Shown here: positions 1 to 10,061 of the stretch, piece after piece | How positions within the stretch are numbered: the stretch's first letter is position 1 | Layout of the letters: every line of letters begins with the position of its first letter | Assembly: GCF_006345805.1 (NCBI RefSeq) | Contig: NW_021823777.1 | Span: 1 to 21,343, forward strand | Reading direction: 5' to 3' | Length of the DNA: 21,343 nt | Source of the DNA: Octopus sinensis | Taxonomy: Eukaryota | Translations under genes and position numbers: made by a program | Notes under the pieces: generated by a model | Seen by the model: only the letters and a program-made list of their open reading frames with translations | The model's database searches: none | Told to the model about the DNA's origin: nothing

Positions 1-78
1 TATATATATATATATATATATCTATATATATAAATGTATGTATGTATGTATGTATGTATGCGTGTGTATATGTTTGTG

Positions 79-222
79 TATCTGTGTTTGTCCAACCAAC
101 ATTGCTTGACAACCGATGCTGGTGTGTTATGTCCCCATAACTTAGCAGTTCAGCAAAAGAGACTGATAGAATAAGTACTAGTCTTACAAAGAATAAGTCT
201 TGGGGTCGATTTGCTCGAGTAA
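79..222 (+). mobile_element. SINE family A, 3' part (truncated)
   Basis: TTGCTTGACAACCGATGCTGGTGTG...GATAGAATAAGTACT...GGGGTCGATTTGCTCGA matches copies at 6097-6499, 8030-8245 and 14640-14970. Confidence 0.9.
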
Positions 223-360
223 ATCCTTGGGAAAAATTTTATTGAATTTAAACCTGAGAACACTCCTTTGACATTCCTGAGCCGTTTGCTATCAAGAAAA
301 TCTACGTGGACAAATTATTTTCTGTCGTAATGCCAGAAGCAATCACAATTATGCCAGAAA

Positions 361-710
361 CATGGTTCATTAGTCAATTGTCAGTTGAAAAATAGGGTTT
401 TGTGCAAAGAAATGATATCACAATACTTCAAAGACATTGTTTAATCATGGGATACTAAAGACGTTCACATTGGCAGTTTAGTTGCAGCATAAATGCCATT
501 ACTGATGGAAAATGTGCCAATAACTGTTTCAAAAAAGCATGTTTTTTGGTCATAATCTGTTGACAAATAGGGTTTTGTGCATCACAAATGCACTCATAAC
601 ACTCCTTGTATATTGCTGCATTTTTTACACCAAAAGCATTAAAATTGGCAATGCAGATTAGAAGCAAATCAGAATATTGCCAGAAAATGACCTCAAAATT
701 GTGCAAGCTG
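361..710. repeat. Diverged tandem dimer, 175-bp period, unclassified
   Basis: AAATAGGGTTTTGTGCA at 390 and 565, ATTGGCA at 469 and 644, GAAAATG at 508 and 683; every offset is 175. Confidence 0.7.
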
Positions 711-948
711 ACCTTGTTTTCAAGGTTATTTTTGTAGTAAAAAACAATTGTGCAGAAAGCATACTTCATTTGGTAGCCGAAAGATTACTGAATCTTTTGA
801 AACATCATACCTCAAAATCAACATCTCAGTTTTTTAATCCATAATGAACATACAGACACACACACAAACTCTGTTATATATATACACACAATTTTAGAGA
901 GAATATATTGTATATATAACTGAAATATTTAAGTAAAGTATAGATATA

Positions 949-1143
949 TGTGAAGGGTGCCGAAAAGTTCCTGGTTTTGGGTAAAAGAAAATAAAAGAGG
1001 AGCATTGAATTAATTTTATCCAACATATTCCCCTCTCAGATTCACACACTTAATGCAGAGGTTCTTCAGTTTTTCTAAGCCCTATAAAAGAAGTCACAAG
1101 TTTGGGCCTCCCAACAAAAAGACTGTTGCAATATCCTTAAAAT
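949..1143 (+). mobile_element. Tc1/mariner-derived MITE, left TIR plus body, right end lost
   Basis: It starts after TA with TGTGAAGGGTGCCGAAAAGTTCCTGG. This resembles the reverse complement of the end of a second copy (AACTTTTCAGTGCCCTCTA, 15144-15162). Bases 1052-1143 align with 15051-15140. Confidence 0.7.
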
Positions 1144-1203
1144 CATGGGTGTGTGCATGTATATGTAAATACGTATATATATATATATATAATATTATAT
1201 ATA

Positions 1204-1242
<39 letters not shown>

Positions 1243-1277
1243 CATATATAATATATATATGCACCTATATATATAAT

Positions 1278-1465
1278 AAAGGGAAAGTTTATGAAATAAA
1301 CAAAAGAGGAAGGCAGGTGAACTACAAATAAAGAAATGTATTAGTATAGCGCACAGGAATAGAAAAAGTCTTTTACGTTTCGAGCCTACGCTCTTCGACA
1401 GAAAGATACACAGAAAATAACAAGGAGAGAAAAAGAATGCGTGTAGTAGCTAACGATCTATCATG
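1278..1465 (-). mobile_element. Short PLE pLTR-like repeat (family F, copy 1), may extend to ~1650
   Basis: It aligns with 13127-13305 and 14425-14620, carries a hammerhead-like fold and ends in a (TA)n tract. The PLE assignment is inferred. Confidence 0.65.
1369..1406 (-). ncRNA. Minimal type I hammerhead-like fold, variant core (A6U)
   Basis: RNA reads UCUUU-CUGUCGA-A-GAGC(GUAG)GCUC-GAAA-CGU-A-AAAGA. Stem I has 5 bp, stem II has 4 bp, and stem III is the palindrome ACGU. Confidence 0.6.
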
Positions 1466-1756
1466 GCATCCTAACTTCAGACAATGATCAGATGCGAGAG
1501 GGACAGTAGGGGAGATAACAGGGTCAAGTGACTTCCAATACGAAGGTGCCCCCAACACAAAGGTACGTGTGTGTATAAGAGAGTATGTATGTGCGTGTGA
1601 AAGAGGGCTGGTGGTCTGGACGTGTGTGTGTATGTATGTGTGGGTGAGGAAATGTGTATATATACTAGCTGGTGTATCTATATATATATTATATATATAT
1701 ATATATATATACTAGCTGGTAATTACTGGTTTGTTTAAATAAAATATCAATATGTA

Positions 1757-1809
1757 GTAGATAGAAGGATCCATTGGAGGGGCCCTATCATCGATATTTT
1801 TTCAACAAT
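1757..1809 (+). repeat. Diverged ~52-bp direct repeat, partner at 2430-2480
   Basis: GTAGATAGAAGGATCCATTGGAGGGGCCCTATCATCGATATTTTTTCAACAAT versus GTAGATATAAAGATCCCTTCCAGGGGCTGTATTATCGACTTTTTAAACAAT. Confidence 0.6.
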
Positions 1810-2057
1810 CTAAGTATGTCACAAGATTTCCAGACATGAGTTCTACTTACATGTCAAATAAGGTATAAAAGTTGATATTGCCTGCAAAAATTAGAAATTG
1901 GACACACAAAAAAAAGTCAATATTCAAAGTAACCGAACATAGGTTATGAAACCGGTAAAATATTTCTAAATTTGATGGCTCAATTAGTTTCAAAAAAATG
2001 TTGTATGAACTGTAAATAAGCAATAAATATTATGATTTGTAAAATAAGAATAAGAGA

Positions 2058-2153
2058 TACAGGGTGTCCCAACTGAATGTGGTGTGGAAGTTTGGTTTCA
2101 TTTTTTAAATAATTTTAAGCAAAGTATGAGTTCCTTGTATTGGGACACACTTA
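2058..2153. mobile_element. Possible ~95-bp Tc1/mariner-like mini-MITE
   Basis: TA-CAGGGTGTCCCA at the left and an imperfect inverse TGGGACACACT at 2141-2151. Confidence 0.4.
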
Positions 2154-2477
2154 TTAAATACATTCTGGAATCAAAAATTTAAGTACTGTCATTGAAAAAT
2201 TTCAACTGGAAAAATGCAGAATTATCAGAGTTATGGGCATTGAAAGTGTACATGCAACAAGAAGGAGCAATAATAAGGTTTAGCAGTTGAAAACTGAGTA
2301 GCAAAATGCAGAATCAGGTCCGCTGATTGTCAGAATCAAATATTGATTCCTTTGCTAAAAATTAACAACTGTAAATGCAGGTGCTATGGGTTATTTCCCT
2401 TGGGTGTTTAAAAAAATTAGTTCTATGAGGTAGATATAAAGATCCCTTCCAGGGGCTGTATTATCGACTTTTTAAAC

Positions 2478-2510
<33 letters not shown>

Positions 2511-2516
<6 letters not shown>

Positions 2517-2977
2517 CATCATCATTGTTTAACATCTGCTTTCAATGCTGGCATGGGTTGGACAATTTGAATGAGGACTGGTGAGCCAGATGGCTACACC
2601 AGGCTCCAATCTGATCTGGCAGAGTTTCTACAGCTGGATGCCCTTCCCAACGCCAACGACTCCGAGAGTGTAGTGGGTGCTTTTACGTGCCATGAGGGCC
2701 AGTCAGGCGGTACTGGCAACGGCTACACTCAAATGGTGTTTTTTACATGCCACCTGCACATGAGCTAGTCCAACAGCACTGGCAATGACCTCGCTCAAAT
2801 GTTTTTCATGTGCCACCAGCACAAGTGCCAGTAAGGTGACGCTGGTTATGATTATGCTCGAATGGTGCTTTTTATGTGCCACCAGCACGGAAGCCGGTCA
2901 GTTGCTCTGGCAATTATCATTCTCGGATGGTGCTCTTAGTGCTCCACTAGCACAGATGCCAGTCATCGAATTTGATT
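2511..2977 (-). mobile_element. SINE-like family B with (GAT)n tail and five internal ~60-65-bp units
   Basis: (CAT)n tail, the GGATGCCCTTCC motif, and unit starts near 2676, 2735, 2799, 2864 and 2929. Homologous to 11638-11982, 13783-14145 and 15233-15420. Confidence 0.85.
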
Positions 2978-3048
2978 AAATATATATATATAGAGAGAGA
3001 GAGAGGGAGAGAGAGAGAGAAAGAGAGGGAGGGAGGGAGAAAGAGAGG

Positions 3049-3082
<34 letters not shown>

Positions 3083-3157
3083 GATAGAGAGAGAGAGACA
3101 GAGACAGACAGAGAGACGGACAGACAGATAGATATGCACACACACACACGCACACAC

Positions 3158-3193
<36 letters not shown>

Positions 3194-3327
3194 ACACGCA
3201 CACACACACACACACGCACACACACACACACACACGCACACACACACACACACGCACACACACACACACGCACACACACACACACGCACACACATACACA
3301 CACGCACACACACACACACACTCATAT
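2978..3327. repeat. Compound microsatellite (TA)n-(GA)n-(GACA)n-(CA)n
   Basis: Direct reading. It explains the ORFs at 2947-3334. Confidence 0.97.
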
Positions 3328-3489
3328 ATGTTAGATCAGTTGATATACAGACAGATGTGTTTTAATACACATGGAAGATAAAAGACAAGAGGACAAGTTA
3401 GGATATTATATACGTTTCCAAGTAATGAAATCTTCCAAAATAGAATGGTAGGTTATTCTTTTCTTGCAGACTTTTCTTAGAGTCTTTTG

Positions 3490-3570
3490 ACATTACTTGG
3501 AACTTAATTACATCCCCAAACACCATTCCTATTGAAAGGCAAATGAAGGCCTTACTACACATGAGTGTAT
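3490..3570 (+). pseudogene. Decayed PLE reverse-transcriptase C-terminal fragment
   Basis: Translates as FDITWNLIT, then after a frameshift SY*KANEGL. This resembles the recalled PLE RT motif FLDVTxNL...PYRKPNxxPLY and lies just upstream of the SNH motif at 4024. Confidence 0.5.
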
Positions 3571-3574
3571 ATAA

Positions 3575-3940
3575 CAATTTATATTTATATACACATATAA
3601 TATATATATATATAATATTATATACACAAATATATATATAGTTGGTGTATATATAAATATATATATATACATATCACACACATGCATATTATATATATAT
3701 GTGTGTATACACACACACACACACACATAATATTATATATATATATATATATTTATAATATATATATACATATATACATATATACATATATACCTATACA
3801 TATATATACATATATATACATATATACATATACATATATATACATATACATATATATAACTATATATACATACATATATATATATATTATATATATACAT
3901 AATTAAGTATATCTACATATATACATGTGTGTATATATAT

Positions 3941-3987
<47 letters not shown>

Positions 3988-4020
3988 CAGTGAGAGAGAG
4001 GAGAGAGACAGACAGACAGA
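3575..4020. repeat. (TA)n/(TATACA)n/(GA)n/(GACA)n microsatellite interrupting the PLE
   Basis: Direct reading. Confidence 0.95.
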
Positions 4021-4911
4021 AATTCTAATCATCTTCAGATAATCTTTAAAAATCCAGGCAGAAACATTATTATAATTCACCCACTTTGCCATAAAGAAGA
4101 AAAAAAAGAGAAAAGTCAGATAAAAAACAACACAAAAAGAGAACAGCGAATAGAAAAAAAATAAATATATATTTAATCATAGTGCATGCTATTAAAATGA
4201 CGCCTTGAGAAAGGAAGAAAAAAGAGAGAGCATTGGGGAAAGAAATTAGAAAAGATTCTTGGATTCCAACAAGGAAAAAACTAAAAAGAAATGAAAATTA
4301 TCCGGATCAACACGCCTGGTTACATGAATGTAACATCCTATATAACCAAAAATTTCATAGCCTTCATTAATAAAAAAACATTTCCCTACCAACTACATGT
4401 ATTAAAAGTCTGTTGTATTAAAGGACAAAGTAAAAAGAAAAAGAGAAACAATGTAAAAGTTAGTTATAGTTGCATGGATAACATTGCTAATATCTGACAG
4501 AGGAGCATAGATTTAATTGTACACCAAGGATCATGTCTAGGCTAGCACAAAAAATAAATTAATTGCATCGACTGCACAAGCTGCTCATTAAACAACGAAT
4601 TCCTCACAAATGCACTATGGTGTATTGAGGTTGAATACTATTGATATCTACTGCTTTGAGAATTAACTTGAAAATACTCCACCCTTCTATCTCACTACAT
4701 ACTGCAGTTGAAGGATAGCAGGGTTAATGATGCATCAATAAGTCAGTCCAGTGTCAACAAAAACTTGAAATAATTAATGGCTCGAGAAAATGCACTGATT
4801 GCCTGGTTTATGATTTAATGCATGGTTTTAAAATGCTTCATAAATACAAAAGAAAAAGGAAGAAGTTTTGGTATAAGTTAGAGATGCAAAAATATAAACC
4901 ACCTAAGGAAC
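4021..4911 (+). pseudogene. Decayed Penelope-like element ORF (RT thumb, linker, GIY-YIG; Naiad-type)
   Basis: Motifs appear in the expected order: NSNHLQIIFKN (4021), IFNHSACY*NDALRK (4169), KIIRINTPGYMNV...RNNVKVSYSCMDNIANI (4294-4494), NCIDCTSCSLNNEFL, KYSTLLSHYILQLKD (4672) and NGSRKCTDCL (4776). These match the recalled consensus SNHPP..., YNDALKKSG, IIWFNPPYS.NV, NNVKVSYSCMPN, CNC...CPL, STELSKYIWQLKD, SKRCNLCL. Multiple stops and frameshifts. Confidence 0.85.
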
Positions 4912-5469
4912 CTACACTCGCCTCCTTATGAGAGCTCAAAATCTCTCGTGGAAGCGCCATCCAACCAAAGTACAAATATATGAGAAACTACCACCTGTGT
5001 CATCTCTTGCGAAAGGTAGGAGAGTCCAGTTTGCTGGACATTGTTGTAGAGCTGAAAAAGAAGTAATTTCTACTCTTCTCCTCTGGAAGCCATCTACTCG
5101 CAATACCAGAGGGTGCACACTCTCCTACTCTGATGTAATCTCCAGGGATACAGGCATCCAGCAACAGGATCTTCGTAATGCCATGATGGACCGTGAAGTC
5201 TGACGTAGCATGGTAAATTCCATTGTCTCGACCAGAAGAGTCCAGTTTGCTGGACATTGTTGTAGAGCTGAAAAAGAAGTAATTTCTACTCTTCTCCTCT
5301 GGAAGCCATCTACTCGCAATACCAGAGGGCGCACACTCTCCTACCCTGATGTAATCTCCAGGGATACAGGCATCCAGCAACAGGACCTCCGTAATGCTAT
5401 GATGGACCGTGAAGTCTGGCGTAACATAGTAAATTCCATTGTCTCGACCACGGTCGAACAATGATGATG
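4912..5469 (+). mobile_element. 5'-truncated RTE/RTE-X clade LINE 3' end with TSD
   Basis: Frame 4913-5464 reads YTRLLMRAQNLSWKRHPT...RRVQFAGHCCR...LLLWKP...DLRNAMMDREVWR, an RTE-like RT C-terminus. It has an (ATG)n tail and AAGGAAC TSDs at 4905-4911 and 5470-5476. There is a 216-bp internal duplication and one stop at 5201-5203. Confidence 0.88.
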
Positions 5470-6096
5470 AAGGAACATTCTGTCATAGTATAAAATACCA
5501 TTCTAACAGACAAATGTGGCATAATGTCTACAGATATTCTACATTTTTATCTTACAACATATCGCAGTTGAAGGATAACAGAGTTGACAATACATCAATA
5601 GGTTGGTTTGTAGTTGCTACAGTAACTTGTTAGATCAGTAGCTCAAAAAGATGCACACTTTGTCTAGCAAAGAATAAGAAAATGTATGCTTTCTTTTAAA
5701 ATGTTTAATAAATAAAAAGAAAACAAAAGAAGACATCACATTGAAACATAGACGTAAAAATGTAAACCCCTCGAGGGACTTATTATCATGAAGATAGGTA
5801 AAATCTTGTTCTAAAAGACAAATCTGGAATAATTACTAAAGATATTCCACATTACTTTCTCACAGAATACAAGTATTGAGTGATAACAGAACTGATGATA
5901 CGTCAATAAATTGGTTTGCTGTAGCAAAGGAAACTTGATATATCAAAGACTCAAAAGGATGTACTTTTGTCTGGCAAAGAACAGCAATGAAATTTAGGCA
6001 TCATTCTAAAACGTCTAATAATTAAAACAAGAAAAGGTAAATAAAACTATGGTAACAAAAAGCAGATATAAAAATATTAACCACACATTTTTTGAC

Positions 6097-6499
6097 TTAC
6101 TCTTTTACTCTTTTACTTGTTTCAGTCATTTGACTGCGGTCATGCTGGAGCACCACCTTTAGTTGAGCAAATCGACCCTGGGACTTATTCTTTGTAAGCC
6201 CAGTACTTATTCTATCGGTCTCTTTTGCCAAACCGCTAAGTGACGAGGGGACATAAACACACCAGCATCGGTTGTCAAGCAATGCTAAGGGGACAAACAC
6301 AGACACACAAACACACACACGCATATACATATATATATATACATATATACGACGGGCTTCTTTCAGTTTCCGTCTACAAAATCCACTCACAAGGCATTGG
6401 TCGGCCCGGGGCTATAGCAGAAGACACTTGCCCAAGATGCCACGCAGTGGGACTGAACCCGGAACCATGTGGTTGGTTAGCAAGCTACTTACCACACAG
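6097..6499 (-). mobile_element. SINE family A, near full length
   Basis: The reverse complement has a tRNA-like head (TGTGGTAAGTAGCTTGC...GGTTCAGTCCC), a central (TA)/(CA) tract and an (AAAGAGTA)n tail. Confidence 0.92.
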
Positions 6500-6693
6500 G
6501 ATCTTGTTTTTATAGACAAATTTAGAATGCTGAAGTTATTCCACTTCTCTGTCTTACAACAGTGCAGTTTAAAGATAACAGAACTGATAATGCATTAATA
6601 AAATGGTCTGTTGTTGCAACAGAAACCGCAAATAATCAACGGCTCAAAAAGAGGTACTCATTGTTTAGCAGAGAGCAACAACAATATTATTCA

Positions 6694-7032
6694 TTACTCT
6701 TTTACTCTTTTACTTGCTTCAGTCATCTGACCGCGGCCATGCTGGAGCAACGCCTTTAATCGAGCAACTCGACCCCGGGACTTATTCTTTTTGTAAGCCC
6801 AGTACTTATTCTATCGGTCTCTTTTGCCGAACTGCTAAGTAACGGGGTCATAAACACACCAGCATTGGTTGTCAAGCAATGCTAGGGGGACAAACACAGA
6901 CACACAAACCCACACACACATACATATATATATACGATGGGCTTCTTTCAGTTTCCATCTACCAAATCCACTCACAAGGCAGTGGTCGGCCCGAGGCTAT
7001 AGTAGAAGACACTTGCCCAAGGTGCCACGCAG
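6694..7032 (-). mobile_element. SINE family A, head truncated
   Basis: Colinear with 6097-6450 and inserted in PLE unit 4. Confidence 0.92.
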
Positions 7033-7818
7033 TTAAAAAATGCTTAATAAATATAAATGAAAAGAAGTAATAGTGCTGAAATTCAGACATAAAAATATAA
7101 ATCACCTCAGGAACTTTTTGCCATGATGCATAAACTCTTATTCTAACACACAAATTTGGAATGAATGCTAAAGATATTCCACATCTCTCTTTCTCTCTCT
7201 TGTAACTTACTGCAGTTGAAGGTTAACAGAATTGATATTACATCAATAAGTTGGTCTGTTGTTACAACAGTAACACAATATATAAAAGGCTCACAAAGAT
7301 GCTCTCTCTATCTGGTAGAGAACAACAATGAAATTTAAGTATCATTTTAAAATGCTTAATAAATAAAATGAATATATAAAAAAGAAAATATGGTATCAAA
7401 TTGTGGATAAGCTTGGAGAATTTCTTGTCTTGATGAAATGAAATCTCACTCAAACAGGGTAATATGGTAGATATTGTTACTTAAATATGGCCAGGGAGTA
7501 TCAACTCTAGACCAGAATGTTGTAACATCTGAACTCTGAACCAACCAATGAAACTTGAGTGAATTTTTATAAAACCTTATTAATTTGAATTCATGATGAA
7601 TTTATGAAGAATAGAATATTGGAGTCACAATAGAGTGAAACTGTGTTTGAATAAATGAATAAAGATACATGCATATATATATATGTATATATATATATTT
7701 AGCAATTAAGGACAACTACTTAATAAGGAAAACTTAACAAGAAATTGTCAGGTAGATAGCGTAAAAACCTCATAAGAGAAAAAATTTCGAAAATAATTAT
7801 TTCTTATTGAACATATTA

Positions 7819-8003
7819 ATTTATATATAGAGGGCATTATACATACATGCCAGAAGGCATTATACATACATGCCAAACGCTAAGAGGGACAATCAGTCAT
7901 TTCTACCAAATTTTTGGTAGAAATGACTGATTGTCCCTCTTAGCGTTTGCATGTATGTATAATGCCTTCTGGCATGTATGTATAATGCCCTCTATATATA
8001 AAT
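7819..8003. repeat. Near-perfect 185-bp palindrome (P1)
   Basis: Arms 7819-7910 and 7913-8003 are exact inverses except one bulged C. The centre is TT. Each arm has a duplicated GGCATTATACATACATGC unit (23-bp period). Confidence 0.97.
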
Positions 8004-8029
8004 GTATATATATATATATATATATTTGT

Positions 8030-8245
8030 ATGTGTGTGTGTGTTTGTCCCCCCGACATCGCTTGACAACCGATTCTGGTGTGTTTATGTCCCCGCCACTT
8101 AACGGTTCGGCAAAAGAGACCGATAGAATAAGTACTGGGCTTACAAAGAATAAGTCCCGGGGTCGATTTGCTCGACTAAAGGCGGTGCTCCAGCATGGAC
8201 GCAGTCAAATGACTGAAACAAATAAAAGAGTAAAAGAGTAAAGAG
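8030..8245 (+). mobile_element. SINE family A, 3' half
   Basis: GCTTGACAACCGA...GGGGTCGATTTGCTCGACTAAAGGCGGTGCTCCAGCATGG...AAAAGAGTAAAAGAG. Confidence 0.92.
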
Positions 8246-8304
8246 CACACACAAATATACTCTCACTGATTATATGTGTGTGTGTGTGTGTATGTGTGAA
8301 TGAG

Positions 8305-8790
8305 TGTTAAGAGCATGTGACCCAGTGATTTGGGTGTTGCTTTCACAATCACAAGATTGTGGGTTCAATTCCCATACTGGGCAGTATGTTATGTTCTTAA
8401 ACGAAACACTTCATTTCACTGCTCACTGTGATCACTTCGACACCTGACATGTAGCACATGATACATTTGTACAGGTGGCATTAATTGATGGAGGGAATGA
8501 AATCATGCACAGCACAAACATTTGATCACTAAAAGCAAATTGTCTGTGCAGATGTCCACATGAGGGTGCATGGTTAAGGTGTGGGACTCATGATTATAAG
8601 ATAGTAGTTTCAATTCCTAGACTGGGTGGTACATTATATTCTTAAGCAAGACACTTCATTCCATTTTGTTCCAGTCCACCCAACTGGCAAAAATGAGTAA
8701 TCCTGAAATGGACCAGTTTTCCACCCAGGGAAGGATATATATACACCAGAGAAACTGAGAAACCACCCTTATTCTTCTTATGGAGTCATG
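8305..8790 (+). mobile_element. Two adjacent heavily decayed tRNA-derived SINEs
   Basis: B-box-like GGTTCAATTCCC (~8364) and GTTTCAATTCCT (~8607), each followed by ~AACACTTCATT as in SINE bodies. Boundaries are approximate. Confidence 0.5.
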
Positions 8791-8843
8791 GGGAGTAACC
8801 ATTTGACAGCTACAAGAAAATCCATGATATGTATGTATAAAGT

Positions 8844-9144
8844 GGAGGCACAATGGCCCAGTGGTTAGGGCAGCAGACTCGTGGTCGTAGGATCGCGGTT
8901 TCGATTCCCAGACCAGGCATTGTGAGTGTTTATTGAGCGAAAACACCTAAAAGCTCCACGAGGCTCCGGCATGGGATGGTGATGATCCCTGCTGTACTCT
9001 TTCACCACTCTTTCTCCCACTCTTTCTTCTGTTGGCCTGCTCGCTTAGCCATCGGGGTGGCATCATATCGAAGGCTAAAACAATGTGAACGCATTGTGAC
9101 CAGCGATGTGTAACTACATCTGATGGCCTGGTCAGTCACGTGAT
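8844..9144 (+). mobile_element. tRNA-derived SINE (family C)
   Basis: A box TGGCCCAGTGG (8854-8864) and B box GGTTTCGATTCC (8897-8908), followed by a non-tRNA body. Confidence 0.8.
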
Positions 9145-9166
9145 GCATGTATAAATACATACGTAC

Positions 9167-9198
<32 letters not shown>

Positions 9199-9244
9199 TA
9201 TATACATACATATACATGTATATACAGAAATATATATATATATA

Positions 9245-9527
9245 TAGAAAACGCCCCTTCCCCCACACCCCGTCCGATGGACGGTGCTGAGTTGTCAAAA
9301 ATTTAAATCAAATTTTCTCAAAACAACTTTGAGAAACACTGATTTAACCTAAATTTCATTCGCATTCTCACCTGGAATCGATTTTTGTAATTTTTTCAAG
9401 ACTTATACACACCCTGATACCGTCGGTATCTACATATCAAATTTGAGCGCAACTGGATGGAGGATGCCCGAGATCCTAGAAGACACACACACAGACAGAC
9501 AGAATGGATTTTATATAATATATATAG
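9245..9527 (+). mobile_element. Non-autonomous repeat D, Helitron/HINE (DINE-1)-like
   Basis: 9360-9487 closely matches 12496-12622. It contains ATCAAATTTGAGCGCAACTGGATGG followed by (CA)(GACA)n and TTTATATA..TAG, an arrangement recalled for Helentron-associated elements. Confidence 0.55.
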
Positions 9528-9580
9528 GTACATACACATATATTCATGCATGTGTATATAAACATATATATATATATATA

Positions 9581-9751
9581 ACATACATCTAAGAGGGATG
9601 ACCACTAAGTGGACATCCATTATGCTAGAAGTCAACCCTCTATGTCTTACCACTAACAAAGGAATGTTCCTTTCTTAGTGGTAAGACCATATAGGGTCTA
9701 CTTCTAGCATAATGGATGTCCACTTAGTGGTCATCCCTCTTATATGTATGT
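9581..9751. repeat. 171-bp palindrome (P2)
   Basis: Arms 9581-9664 and 9667-9751 differ by 5 substitutions and 1 indel. The centre is TG. Each arm contains the hairpin GGATG-A-CCACT-A-AGTGG-A-CATCC. Confidence 0.95.
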
Positions 9752-9857
9752 AATACAATTTTTCTGAATCTTCAGATTTTTCTATATGCTAGACCACTGG
9801 TTTTAAATTGATATTCATTAAATTAATATTCAATTTTTCACCCTTATTATTAAAAAA

Positions 9858-9859
9858 AA

Positions 9860-9891
<32 letters not shown>

Positions 9892-9908
9892 GTATATAAT
9901 ATATATAT

Positions 9909-9953
<45 letters not shown>

Positions 9954-9978
9954 TATATATATATATATATATATATAT
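9858..9978. repeat. (TA)n microsatellite (a second tract at 10171-10330)
   Basis: Direct reading. Confidence 0.95.
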
Positions 9979-10061
9979 GTAGGTCCCGGGTTGAGTCGGG
10001 GTTAACCACAGTAAATAAGGTACTCAATACATAGCAGAGTAAATAATTTATTATATAGAAG

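Larger units (their letters stand above)
4672..7470 (+). repeat. Five diverged ~300-bp tandem units, each the 3' end of the PLE GIY-YIG region
   Basis: Unit anchors (A(A/G)xTAxTCxAC, 'YST') sit at 4672, 5532, 5840, 6534 and 7172. Spacings are ~295, 308, 291 and 299 bp after removing insertions. Each unit carries versions of QLKDN, IxW, SKRCxLCL, MLNK and RHKNINHL. Confidence 0.85.

Noticed and set aside
455-769. 104-aa minus-strand ORF as a gene or transposase
   Set aside because: I recognised no domain or catalytic motif. It overlaps a 175-bp-period repeat and the neighbouring frames are full of stops.
2676-2963. Regular ~63-bp repeats as a CRISPR array
   Set aside because: The context is eukaryotic, the 'spacers' are homologous to each other, no cas genes are present, and the array is part of a dispersed SINE-like element.
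2947-3906. Long ORFs rich in CV, HT, RE, IY
   Set aside because: They are translations of (CA)n, (GA)n and (TA)n microsatellites. The same applies to ORFs at 1053-1331, 9808-10373, 10718-11465 and 19299-20603.
5892-5934. CTGATGA...GAAAC as a hammerhead
   Set aside because: There is no stem II pairing next to the core, and the motif is not kept in the other four units.
4672-7470. 300-bp array as Myb/SANT repeats or a multi-exon host gene
   Set aside because: The Myb-like KDSKGCTFVW appears only in one unit with a 1-nt deletion. The other four units give the CxxCL frame that fits the PLE endonuclease, and the units contain stops and frameshifts.
7470-7660. Expected hammerhead in the 3' UTR of the large PLE (CATGATGA...GTGAAACT)
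   Set aside because: The core is mismatched and no stems could be drawn. It is too decayed to call.
8844-8915. tRNA gene (also heads at 6430-6499, 12006-12070 and 20877-20965)
   Set aside because: A and B boxes are present, but there is no closed acceptor stem and the sequence continues into SINE bodies.
9763-9776. CTGAAGA-TTCA-GAAA on the minus strand as a hammerhead
   Set aside because: There is no room for stem II and no stem I or III. It is only a short palindrome.
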